From Actinomycetota bacterium (GTDB taxonomy: Bacteria > Actinomycetota > Geothermincolia > Geothermincolales > RBG-13-55-18): a DNA stretch of 64,000 nucleotides. The stretch is taken from assembly GCA_014360685.1 (NCBI GenBank), contig JACIXB010000023.1:9825-73824 (forward strand), in the 5' to 3' direction. Under the pieces are notes generated by a model that saw nothing but the letters and a program-made list of their open reading frames with translations, did no database searches and was not told where the DNA came from. Of the stretch, positions 35,486-45,087 are shown piece after piece. Every line of letters begins with the position of its first letter. The first letter of the stretch is position 1. The translations under genes and the position numbers were made by a program.

Positions 35486-35573
35486 TCCTTAGATTAGGCA
35501 TCCCGCTCCGGAATTGGTGGTAAAATGTTCTCGGCCCGTTTCCGGCCGCCACCACGGCGAGGAAAGGAGCACC

Positions 35574-36707
35574 ATGGATGCGCGCATGACGGTCGAGGAA
35601 TGCCTGGAGATGTGGAGGAATCCCTACCCCCGCCTGGCCCGCATGCGGGAGGAAGGGGAAAGGCCGGTGGCCTTCTTCTGTTCCTATACCCCGGAGGAGA
35701 TACTCCACGCCGCCGGTTTTACGCCGGTGCGGCTCATGGGTGCCGTGCGCACCATAACCCATGCCGACGCTCACCTCCAAGCCTATTGCTGCTCCCTGGC
35801 CCGCACCGACCTGGACATGGCCCTGGCGGGAGAGCTTGATTTCCTGGAAGGAGCGGTTTTCGTGCAGACCTGCGATACCATGATGCGCCTCTCGGACATC
35901 TGGCGTCGCAACACCTCCTTTCCCTTCCACGGGGACCTGGTCTTACCCATCCGCATGGGCGAGGAGATCTCCCTCCCCTTCCTGGTGGAAGAGGTGCGCC
36001 GCTTCCGGGGAAGGGTGGAAGAGTACCTGGGGCGGAGCATCCGGGACGATGCCCTGGAAGAAAGCATCCACGTGTACAACCGCAACCGGCGGATGGCGGA
36101 CAGGCTTTATCTGCTGCGCCGGGAGAGGCCGGGAGCCCTGGACGGCCTTTCAGCCACCGCCTGCCTGGTTGCCGGTTTCTGGATGAGGCGCGAAAAGCAC
36201 AACGATCTTCTGCACCATATTTTGGAAGAAGCCGAGGCCGGGAAGGAGAAAGCCGCGGAGAAGCTGCCCCTGCTGGTCAGCGGGAGCGTCTGCGCCACCC
36301 CCGACCTTTACGAGCTTTTAGCCGAGCTGGATGCCGAGGTGGTTGACGACGACCTCTGTTGCGGTCACCGCTATTTCGACGCCTTTGCCGACGAGAACAT
36401 CTCACCGGAGGAGGCACTGGCCCGGCGCTTGTGGCAACGGGTCAACTGTCCGGCCAAACACCAGTGCCTGGAGGACCGGGCGGAGCGCCTCCTGAGGCAA
36501 GTGGGGGACAGCGGAGCGAAAGGTGTGGTGTTCTTCCTGCAATCCTTCTGCGAACCGCACCTCTTCGACATCCCCTACCTGAGGAACCGCCTGCGGGAAG
36601 AGCTTGGCATACCCTCTCTGGTTTTGGAGAGCGAGCTGCAATCCTTCTCCCGCGGGCAGCTCCGGACCAGGCTGCAGGCCTTCCTGGAGACCATCCGCGG
36701 GGTGTGA
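35574..36707 (+). CDS. 2-hydroxyacyl-CoA dehydratase / benzoyl-CoA reductase BcrC/BadD/HgdB-family subunit
   Basis: VAFFCSYTPEEILHAAGFTPVRLMG N-terminus and C-terminal VVFFLQSFCEPHLFD, typical of the HGD-D family. aaggag RBS. Confidence 0.75.
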   Translation: MDARMTVEECLEMWRNPYPRLARMREEGERPVAFFCSYTPEEILHAAGFTPVRLMGAVRTITHADAHLQAYCCSLARTDLDMALAGELDFLEGAVFVQTCDTMMRLSDIWRRNTSFPFHGDLVLPIRMGEEISLPFLVEEVRRFRGRVEEYLGRSIRDDALEESIHVYNRNRRMADRLYLLRRERPGALDGLSATACLVAGFWMRREKHNDLLHHILEEAEAGKEKAAEKLPLLVSGSVCATPDLYELLAELDAEVVDDDLCCGHRYFDAFADENISPEEALARRLWQRVNCPAKHQCLEDRAERLLRQVGDSGAKGVVFFLQSFCEPHLFDIPYLRNRLREELGIPSLVLESELQSFSRGQLRTRLQAFLETIRGV

Positions 36708-36889
36708 GCGGCGATGCCCGATCAGGTGGCATGGGAAGGGGCGAGTGGCCGGAAGAGGCCCGGAATGGACGCGCCGGAAGCGTGGCATGGGTCGGGGAGC
36801 AAGGCGCGCGATGGAAGGGGTTTGATCTGGAAATAAATGCTAAATATTTCAATACCGCATAAACGTGATCGGGCGAAGGAGGTTCGGGG

Positions 36890-38125
36890 ATGAGCTCCGG
36901 CGAGAATCGCGACGAGGAGAGGGAAGCAAAGGAAAGGCGACGCATCAAGTCCGGGGAAGCCATGCGCGACCTGATGACCAAGTACTACATGGAGGCCAAG
37001 GCCGCCGAGGGGACGGACAAGCACATCGCCTGGATCACCAGCGGGGGGCCGGTGGAGCCGCTCATCGCCTTCGACGTCATCCCCGTGTACCCCGAGAACC
37101 ACGGCGCCATGTGCGGGGCCGCCCACATGAACGTGGAGCTCTGCGAGGTGGCGGAATCCCGCGGCTTCTCGCGGGACCTGTGTTCCTATGCCCGCGGAGA
37201 CATAGGGAGCGCCATCACCAAGGGCGGACCCATCGGAGGACTGCCACGGCCCACTTTCCTGGTGTGCTGCAACAACATCTGCAACACGGTGTTCAAATGG
37301 TACGAGGAGCTCGCGCGCTTCTTCGACGTCCCCCTGTTCATCTTCGATACCCCCTTCGTGAGGGGAGGACTGCCCTCCCATCACCTGGATTACACCCGCC
37401 GCCAGATGGAGGAATACATATCTTTTCTGGAAAGGATTACCAGCCGGGAATACGACGAGGCACACTTCGTGGAGGTGGCGGCCAAGTCCCTCTACGCCTC
37501 CGGCCTGTGGGCGGAGGTGCTGGCCTGCAACCAAGCCCGGCCGGCCCCCATGACCTGCTTCGACGCCTTCATCCTCATGGCCCCCATCGTCACCCTGCGC
37601 GGGACCCAGGAGGTGGTGGACTTCTACCAGGGCTTGCTCCAGGAGATGAGGGACCGCGTCGAGCAGGGCATCGGCATCCTTCCTTCCGAAAAGTATCGCC
37701 TGCTGTGGGACAACATCCCGGTGTGGTACGAGATGCGTAACCTGGGTCGGCTTTTCATGGAACTGGAAGCCTGCCTGGTAGCGGACACCTACACCAGCGC
37801 CTGGACCTTCCAGGAAGTGGACACCGAGGACCCGCTGGAGGCCATGGCCGCCATCTACACCGAGGTATACCTGAACATCAACCTGGAGCGCATGGCGGAC
37901 AAGATAGAGTCCCTGGCCCGCCGCTACGAGGTGGACGGCATGGTAATGCATTCCAACCGCAGCTGCAAGCCCTATTCACTGGGCCAGTACGACCTGGCCA
38001 AGGAGTTCACCCGGCGCACCGGAAAGCCGACCCTGATTATCGAGGCCGACCATACCGACTCGCGCTGGTACAACCGTGCCGAGGTGGAAGGGCGCATCAG
38101 GGACTTCGTGGAAAACCTCCTTTAA
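36890..38125 (+). CDS. 2-hydroxyacyl-CoA dehydratase-family subunit (HgdA/BcrB-like partner)
   Basis: HIAWITSGGPVEPLIAFDVIPVYPENHGAMCGA.., LCSYAR, and C-terminal DGMVMHSNRSCKPYSLGQYD. gaaggagg RBS. Confidence 0.75.
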   Translation: MSSGENRDEEREAKERRRIKSGEAMRDLMTKYYMEAKAAEGTDKHIAWITSGGPVEPLIAFDVIPVYPENHGAMCGAAHMNVELCEVAESRGFSRDLCSYARGDIGSAITKGGPIGGLPRPTFLVCCNNICNTVFKWYEELARFFDVPLFIFDTPFVRGGLPSHHLDYTRRQMEEYISFLERITSREYDEAHFVEVAAKSLYASGLWAEVLACNQARPAPMTCFDAFILMAPIVTLRGTQEVVDFYQGLLQEMRDRVEQGIGILPSEKYRLLWDNIPVWYEMRNLGRLFMELEACLVADTYTSAWTFQEVDTEDPLEAMAAIYTEVYLNINLERMADKIESLARRYEVDGMVMHSNRSCKPYSLGQYDLAKEFTRRTGKPTLIIEADHTDSRWYNRAEVEGRIRDFVENLL

Positions 38126-38176
38126 TGGGCTCAGATCTTGTTGTTCGATGCCCCGGGCATATTTACGGGGTTTCCC

Positions 38177-40759
38177 ATGCTGGACGTATATGAATCGCTT
38201 GCCTCCCGGGGACTGGTCCCCCTCGGCGAGGAGGAGGCCGCCCGGCGCCTGGAGGCGGAGGGTCCCAACCTGATCCCCTCCGCGGAAAGGAGGACCTCCC
38301 CGCGCATCGTCCTGGATATCCTCCGCGAGCCCATGTTCCTCCTCCTGGTGGGTGCGGGCTCCATATACCTGGTGCTGGGAGACCTGCGCGAGGCTCTGGT
38401 CCTTCTGAGTTTCGTGGTCCTGGTGATGGGCCTCACCTTCGTCCAGGAGAGGAGGACGGAAAAGGCCCTCGAGGCGCTGCGCAACCTCTCCAGCCCCCGG
38501 GCCCTGGTGATCAGGGACGGGAGGAAGCGCCGCGTGGCGGGAGTGGAGGTGGTGCGGGGGGATGTGCTTCTCCTTTCCGAGGGGGACAGGGTGCCCGCCG
38601 ACGCGGTGGTGGTGGATTGCTCCAACCTGGCGGTGGATGAATCCTTGCTCACGGGGGAGTCGGTCCCCGTGCGCAAGCTCCCCTGCGAGGGGAGGCTGGA
38701 GATGGGAACCCCAGGAGAGGAGGGGCAATCCTCGGTGTTCGCCGGCACCCTGGTGGTCAGCGGGCGGGGTGTCGCCGTGGTCCAGGCCACCGGCTCCGAC
38801 ACCGAGATGGGTAAGATCGGCCGCTCCCTGCGGGAGATTTCGCCACGGCTGACCCCCATCCAGAGGGAGACCCGGGGCATGGTCGTGCGCCTGGCCTTGC
38901 TGGGGGCGGCCACCTGCCTCCTGGTCTTCGTGGCTTACGGTTTGACCAGGGAGAACTGGCTGCAGGGCTTGCTGGTGGGTATAGCCCTGGCCATGGCCTT
39001 GCTCCCGGAGGAGTTCCCGGTGGTGCTGACCGTCTTCCTCACCCTGGGAGCATGGCGCATGTCCCGCCACCGCATCTTGACCAGGCGCATCCCGGCCGTG
39101 GAGGCGCTGGGCTCCACCACCGTGCTCTGCGTGGACAAGACGGGCACGCTGACGGAAAACCGTATGACCGTCTCCCGGCTGGCGGTGGAGGGGGAGGTCA
39201 TCAGGATGGAGGACATCCCGGAGGGCATCCTTCCGGAGAGATTCCACGAGCTCCTCGAGTTTGGAGTGCTGGCCTCGCAGAAGGACCCCTTCGATCCCGT
39301 GGAGGTGGCCATTGCCGGGCTGGGGGACGCGGCCCTTGAGGGCACGGAACACTTGCACTTCGACTGGATTCTGGAAAAGGAATACCCCCTTTCGCCGGAG
39401 TTGATGGCCATAAGCCACGTGTGGCGGTCCCCGGACGGGCAGAGATATGTCATCGCCGCCAAGGGCGCGCCGGAGGCCATAATGGACCTCTGTCATCTCT
39501 CCCCGGAAGAGAAGGCCGTGGTCCAGGCCGTGGTGGAGGAGCTGTCCGCGGAGGGGCTGCGCCTCCTGGGCGTGGCCCGGGCCGACTTCCGCATGGGGGA
39601 ATTACCGCGGGACCAGCACGATTTCGATTTCCAGTTCCTGGGTCTCGTGGGCCTGGAGGACCCCTTGAGGCCGCTGGTGGCGGAGTCGGTGGCCGAGTGC
39701 CGCGAGGCGGGCGTGCGGGTCCTGATGATCACCGGCGACCACCCGGGAACCGCGCTGCGGGTGGCGGAGAAGGCGGGGATCGTGCACGAGGGAGAGACGA
39801 TCACTGGCCCCGAGCTGGAAGCTATGGGGGAAGAAGAGCTGCACCGTAGTGTGGGTTCGGTCAACGTCTTCTCGCGCATGGTTCCGCAACAGAAGCTGCG
39901 ACTTGTGCGTACCCTCCAGGAACGGGGGGAAGTGGTGGCCATGACCGGCGATGGGGTGAACGACGCGCCGGCCCTGAAGGCGGCGGACATAGGGGTGGCC
40001 ATGGGAGGCAGGGGGGCGGACGTGGCCCGGGAATCGGCCGACCTGGTGCTCCTGGACGACGATTTCCCCTCCCTGGTCTGGGCGGTGCGCTCCGGCAGGA
40101 GGATCTACGAGAACCTCAAGAAGGCCTTTTCCTATATCATCGCCGTTCACGTGCCCATTGCGGGCATGACCATTCTCCCGGTCTTTTTCCGCCTTCCCCT
40201 GGTACTGTCTCCCATCCACATCGCTTTCCTGGAGATACTCATCGACCCATCCTGCTCCCTGGTCTACGAGGCGGAGCCGGAGGAGGAGGGTATCATGAGG
40301 CGTCCGCCGCGACCCCGGACGGAGCGCCTCTTCAGCCGCCGCAACCTGGCCTTCGGTTTCCTGCAGGGATTGACCGCCCTGGCCGTGGTGTTCGCGGTTT
40401 TCCTCATCGCCTACCTGAGGGGCATGGAGGAGAAGGAGGTACGAGCCCTCACCTTTTCCTCCCTGGTCGTCACCAACGTGGCGCTCCTGCTGGCGAACCG
40501 GTCCTGGGAAAAGATGGTATGGCAGCTACGGGGGAGGAATAACCCGGTCGCGCGGTGGATCGTCCCCGGGGCCCTGTTCCTCCTGGCCCTGGTCCTCTAC
40601 GTACCCCCGTTGCGGCGGCTTTTCGACTTCACACCCCTTCACCCCATGGACCTGGCCATATGCATGGGAGCGGGAATGGCGAGCGTGGCTTGGTTCGAGG
40701 CTTTCAAGGCGACCAGGCGGTGGAGAGCAGCCACGAGGAAAGGGGCCGCTTCCGGGTAA
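38177..40759 (+). CDS. P-type cation-transporting ATPase (type II, Ca2+/Mg2+-like)
   Basis: CVDKTGTLTENRM phosphorylation motif, MITGDHPGTA, TGDGVNDAPALKAADIGVAMG, and several TM segments. The ORF is open from 38138. Confidence 0.9.
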   Translation: MLDVYESLASRGLVPLGEEEAARRLEAEGPNLIPSAERRTSPRIVLDILREPMFLLLVGAGSIYLVLGDLREALVLLSFVVLVMGLTFVQERRTEKALEALRNLSSPRALVIRDGRKRRVAGVEVVRGDVLLLSEGDRVPADAVVVDCSNLAVDESLLTGESVPVRKLPCEGRLEMGTPGEEGQSSVFAGTLVVSGRGVAVVQATGSDTEMGKIGRSLREISPRLTPIQRETRGMVVRLALLGAATCLLVFVAYGLTRENWLQGLLVGIALAMALLPEEFPVVLTVFLTLGAWRMSRHRILTRRIPAVEALGSTTVLCVDKTGTLTENRMTVSRLAVEGEVIRMEDIPEGILPERFHELLEFGVLASQKDPFDPVEVAIAGLGDAALEGTEHLHFDWILEKEYPLSPELMAISHVWRSPDGQRYVIAAKGAPEAIMDLCHLSPEEKAVVQAVVEELSAEGLRLLGVARADFRMGELPRDQHDFDFQFLGLVGLEDPLRPLVAESVAECREAGVRVLMITGDHPGTALRVAEKAGIVHEGETITGPELEAMGEEELHRSVGSVNVFSRMVPQQKLRLVRTLQERGEVVAMTGDGVNDAPALKAADIGVAMGGRGADVARESADLVLLDDDFPSLVWAVRSGRRIYENLKKAFSYIIAVHVPIAGMTILPVFFRLPLVLSPIHIAFLEILIDPSCSLVYEAEPEEEGIMRRPPRPRTERLFSRRNLAFGFLQGLTALAVVFAVFLIAYLRGMEEKEVRALTFSSLVVTNVALLLANRSWEKMVWQLRGRNNPVARWIVPGALFLLALVLYVPPLRRLFDFTPLHPMDLAICMGAGMASVAWFEAFKATRRWRAATRKGAASG

Positions 40760-40823
40760 AGGGCCACCCGGCCCGGATCTTTCGGTGAGGGCGCTTCCGG
40801 ATCCGGTCCGGCATGCCCTTTGC

Positions 40824-42167
40824 TCAGTCCAGCCCCGCCTCGTGCTCCGGCAGGATGAAATATTTTACATCCCGCGCGTAGCGGCGCAGCTCACCCCGGA
40901 AATCGGGATGGGCCACGCTGATGAGGGCCCGGGCCCTCTCGCGGAGGTTCTTCCCCTTGAGGTTCACGCACCCGTACTCCGTGGCCACGTACATGACGTC
41001 GGTGCGGGTGAGGGTGACCACCGCTCCCGGGCGGAGCTGGGGCACGATCTTGGAGACCGTCTCCCCGGTTTCCTTGTCCACCACTGTGGAAGGGGTGACG
41101 ATGAAGGCCTTCCCTCCCCGGCTGAGCCAGGCCCCGCGCGTGAAGTCCACCTGGCCCCCGGTGGCCGTGTATTGGATGGGGCCGAAGGATTCCGAGGCGC
41201 ACTGCCCGGTGATGTCTATCTCCAGGGTGGTGTTAATGGATATGAGCTTGTCGTTCATTCCTATTATGTACGGGTCGTTGTTGTAGCTGATGGGGGACAG
41301 GTAGATCATGGGGTTGTCGTCCATCCAGTCGTAGAGTTCCTGGGAGCCCAGCCCGAAATAGCATAACATCTGGTAACGGTGGAAATTTTTTTGCGTGTTG
41401 TCCAGGGCCCCCGCCTGGAAGAGCTTCATGTAGGCGTCTCCCATCATCTCCGTGTGGCAGCCAAGGTGTTTCTTCTCCAGCAGGAGCTCCCCGATGGCGT
41501 TGGTTGTGCCCCCGATGCCCAGCTGCACGGTGGAGCCGTCCTCGACGAGGTCGATGATGTTCTCGGCGATGGCCCGGTCCACGTCGCTCACCGGCTCCGG
41601 GGGCAGGGCGAAAACGGGGTGGTGGTTCTCCACCACCTTGGTCACCTGGCTGACGTGCAGCCAGTTGGGCCCGTGCACCACGGGCTGCTTCTCGTTGACC
41701 TCCACGTAGATCTCATCCAGCCGGTCCACCACGTCCAGGTAGTTGGCAAAAAGCCCCAGGTTGAGGTAGCCGTTCTTGTCCATGGGACCGGTCTGCACCA
41801 TGAGCTTGCGGTAGCCCACGTCCTCGACCGCCAATCGGGTGACCTGATGGAAATGATAGGGGGTGTGGGTCATAAGCCCCGCGGCCATGGCGGAGCGGTC
41901 CAGGGGAGAGGTGTAGTAGTTGTCGATGAGGAGGTTCTTCTGGTACTCGGGCTTGAGGATGTCGAAGATGGGGGCCAGGATGATGAAGCTTCCCATCAGC
42001 ACGTTCTCGATCTCCCCGGCCATGGCCCGCTTCACCAGCGCCTCCAGCAGGGCCACGGGGGTGGAGGAGGCGCCGCTGCAGAAGACCTTGTCCCCCGATT
42101 TTATGCCCTTTACCGCTTCCTCGGGGGTGGTCAGCTTGGATTTGTAGAGGTCCTTCCACTTACTCAT
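40824..42167 (-). CDS. Acetyl-CoA hydrolase/transferase family protein (4-hydroxybutyrate or butyrate CoA-transferase-like)
   Basis: MSKWKDLYKSKLTTPEEAVKGIKSGDKVFCSGASSTPVALLEAL, internal GIGGTTNA, and C-terminal AHPDFRGELR. gggagg RBS. Confidence 0.8.
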   Translation of the reverse strand: MSKWKDLYKSKLTTPEEAVKGIKSGDKVFCSGASSTPVALLEALVKRAMAGEIENVLMGSFIILAPIFDILKPEYQKNLLIDNYYTSPLDRSAMAAGLMTHTPYHFHQVTRLAVEDVGYRKLMVQTGPMDKNGYLNLGLFANYLDVVDRLDEIYVEVNEKQPVVHGPNWLHVSQVTKVVENHHPVFALPPEPVSDVDRAIAENIIDLVEDGSTVQLGIGGTTNAIGELLLEKKHLGCHTEMMGDAYMKLFQAGALDNTQKNFHRYQMLCYFGLGSQELYDWMDDNPMIYLSPISYNNDPYIIGMNDKLISINTTLEIDITGQCASESFGPIQYTATGGQVDFTRGAWLSRGGKAFIVTPSTVVDKETGETVSKIVPQLRPGAVVTLTRTDVMYVATEYGCVNLKGKNLRERARALISVAHPDFRGELRRYARDVKYFILPEHEAGLD

Positions 42168-42474
42168 CTCATGCCTCCCTCTTGCCATCTTTTGGATACG
42201 AACCCGTTATGGGAACGAAGTTTTTCCGCTCTTTGCACCTCCCACCTCCAGGTTTGAATGGGGACCGGTCATGGAAACAATATAACTCTACTATCCCCCG
42301 CTTCTTCCACGCGCTGACAGGGCTTTTTCCGCGTCGGCCGGGCCACGAAAGCCTTCCCTCTCTCCTTGCACGCACGGAATGTGTTTCTTCATGCCGCCGG
42401 CCACTTCTATTATTCCACCGCTGCGCTTCTTTTCTCGGGTTATCGAATAGCAGGAAAAGGATACCACGGCGCCA

Positions 42475-42933
42475 TTGAACGGCGTTAAGGAGGAAAGTGC
42501 GGCGTTGAGAACCTCGACCACCCCCGTCGCTGATCGTTTTCCAAGGACGCCGGCTTATTTCCCTGGAAAGATCCAGAAGGTTTACGATGGTTGCGTTGGA
42601 AGTCCTGTCTCGAGGTCGGTGAAAGGCGGTGTTTCAAGTGAGCGAGGTACCCGAATACGAAAGATACCCGGCGGGATACCATCGATGACTCCTTTGCCAA
42701 TTTCTGGGATGGATACGTCGAAAGGATCCCCCAGGGCCTTCGAGAAGGAACTCAAGACCTGCCCGGTGGCGCGCATCTGGTCGCGGGAGCCCGAACTGTG
42801 CGAGGTCATGCTGGCCTTCTCCTTCGCGGGCATGCTCGGGGAGCTCAACCCCAGGTTCAAGACCACGGGGTTCTCCAGGCTGTTGACCAAGGGGGATCCC
42901 GTCTGTCGTTTCCGGGTGGAGCTGGAGGACTGA
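42475..42933 (+). CDS. C-terminal fragment resembling L-2-amino-thiazoline-4-carboxylate-hydrolase-like (ATC_hydrolase) domain. The N-terminal part is uncertain.
   Basis: Only the last ~75 aa look protein-like: KTCPVARIWSREPELCEVMLAFSFAGMLGELNPRFKTTGFSRLLTKGDPVCRFRVE. The upstream part of the ORF looks like noise. Confidence 0.3.
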   Translation: MNGVKEESAALRTSTTPVADRFPRTPAYFPGKIQKVYDGCVGSPVSRSVKGGVSSERGTRIRKIPGGIPSMTPLPISGMDTSKGSPRAFEKELKTCPVARIWSREPELCEVMLAFSFAGMLGELNPRFKTTGFSRLLTKGDPVCRFRVELED

Positions 42934-43039
42934 GGGTCTCGCGCCACTCCTTACCGAACACTCTCGGGCTATGTTCCGCCACGGGTGCAAGTGGGGGAAG
43001 GATCACGCCCTCTTGGTCCGGCTCTCCTGTGCCTCCGCC

Positions 43040-44762
43040 TCATCGGGCCAGGACCTTGCCGGGGAGGGCGCCCGCGTCATAATCACCCTGGTCCAGGACC
43101 AGCCTCCCGTTCACCATGACGAAGTCGATACCCTCCGGGAAATGGCGGAGGTCGTCGTAGGTGGATTTGTCCCGCACCCTTTCGATGTCGAAGACCACCA
43201 GGTCGGCGGCGGCTCCTTTCCTGATCACGCCGCGGTCCTCGAGGCCGAAGCGCGAGGCGGCCATGCCGGTGCAGCGGTGGACGGCGTTCTCCAGCGTGTA
43301 GAGCCCCAGTTCCCGCACGTAATGCTGGATGATGCGGGGGAAGGTGCCGTAGGCGGTCTGGGGTGGGGAGCCCTTCTCGGGGAAGAGGACGTCCGCCCCC
43401 ACTGATAGTTGAGGGTGGTCCTGCCCCTTGAGGAAGACCTTCTCCGACCAGGGGCGCGGAGGTATGCCCATGAGGAAGACCACGGAACCCTCCTCCTCGA
43501 TGGTCAGGTCGGCCAGGAAGTCGAAGGGGTCCTTGCCCGCCTCCCGGGCCAGGTCCACGATACGCCGCCCCTCCATGTGCCGGTTCTTCTCGCTGCCCAC
43601 GGATAGGATGGAGAGCATCTTCCAACCCAGGCACTTTATATAATTAGTGGCCCAGGACCCAGGCTCCCAGTGGGGCCACCTGGCGGTGACCGTCTCCACG
43701 TCCCGCCTTATCCTGGCCCGTTCCCCGGGATCGCCCAGGCGCCGCAGCAGTGCCTCGGTCCCTCCCTCCAGGGACCAGGGCGGGTAGAGTTGGGTCACGG
43801 TGGTGTTCCCCAGGACGTAAGGGATGAAATCCAGCCCCACGTCCATCCCGTTTTCCAGGGCGCGGTCCACGATCCCATATGCGCGGCGGAGCACCTTGTT
43901 GGGAATCCCGGGCAGGGGTAATATCATGTTATTTTTTCCAGGACATCCACCGCCGCGTAGACCAGGTCTGCCGTCCACCCCAGGTTGGGCACGCACATGA
44001 AATGGCTTATCTGTAGGGAAGAGCCGCTACGCTCCGCGATCTCCACCGCCTCTTCCACGGCGCGGTCGAAGGTGTCGGTGAGGGAACGCACGTGGGTTAC
44101 GTAACGTCCCCCGTATTCCCCTGCCACCCGGGCCAGCTCCACTAACTCGTCGGTGTGGGCGTACATGCCCGGGAAGTAGGTGAGGCCGGTGGAGAAACCG
44201 CGGCAGCCCGCCTCCATGTCCCGGCGCACCATCACCTTCATCCTCTCCAGCTCCTCCGGGGTGGAGAAGCGGGCCTGGGACCCCATGACCGCGATGCGGA
44301 TAGGGCCGTGCGCCGAGAGGGGGACGAAGTTGAGGGGGAGGCCTCGCCGCCGGAGCCATCCGAGGAACTCGCCCTGGGTCTCCCACTCCGGCTGGAAACT
44401 GCTGGAAACCCCCATGCTGTGCAGCGTGGAGCGGAAAAGGTCCCCGTGCTCCCGGGGCCAGGGGGCCAGGGACCAGCCGCAGTTGGAGACCACGCAGGAG
44501 GTGATGCCCTGCCTCAGGTAGGACTCGAAGAGCTCGCGGTAATCGTCCCGGATGATGTAGAGTTCGTTATGGCTGTGGATGTCGATGAATCCCGGTGCCA
44601 CCACCCTTCCCTTGGCCTCAAGGACGCGGGCGGCGGTGGCGTCGGACAAGCGGCCCACCTCGGCGATCCTCCCTCCTTCACCGCGATGTCCGCCTCCCGG
44701 GATGGGGCGCCCGTCCCGTCAATGACCCGGCCTCCGCGGATGAGGATGTCGAACATCTTCAT
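43040..44762 (-). pseudogene. N-acyl-D-amino-acid deacylase (D-aminoacylase, amidohydrolase superfamily) split over three frames
   Basis: Piece 1: MKMFDILIRGGRVIDGTGAPSREADIAVKEG. Piece 2: GRLSDATAARVLEAKGRVVAPGFIDIHSHNE... Piece 3: NNMILPLPG...AADLVVFDIERVRDKSTYDD...VNGRLVL. The junctions are a G-rich run near 44667..44677 and a T6 run at 43932..43937. Confidence 0.8.
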
Positions 44763-45087
44763 GCCACCACCTTCCAAGCCGCTCGGATGCCTTTTCACCC
44801 CAAACGCCCAGGGCGTTTGCCGTCGATTCGTCTCGTGGGCCCGCGGCCCTGCTTTTTACCTCGGAGAGTTCGGGGCCTCGTCGGCCGGCCCTCTTTTTGG
44901 TCGTCTTCAATCCCTTTTCCTCAACCGCCACGAAGACTTCCAGGATGGCCGGTGAACCGTGAACCTCGTCAGTCATCCCCATGCCTTTGTCCTTAAAACT
45001 CCGCCGGGCCCGTCAGGATGTCAAGGAGGACCGCGGTCCTCCCCGGGTCATCCTCGATCCTTGGCCCGCGATCCACAGGTCGAGGTC

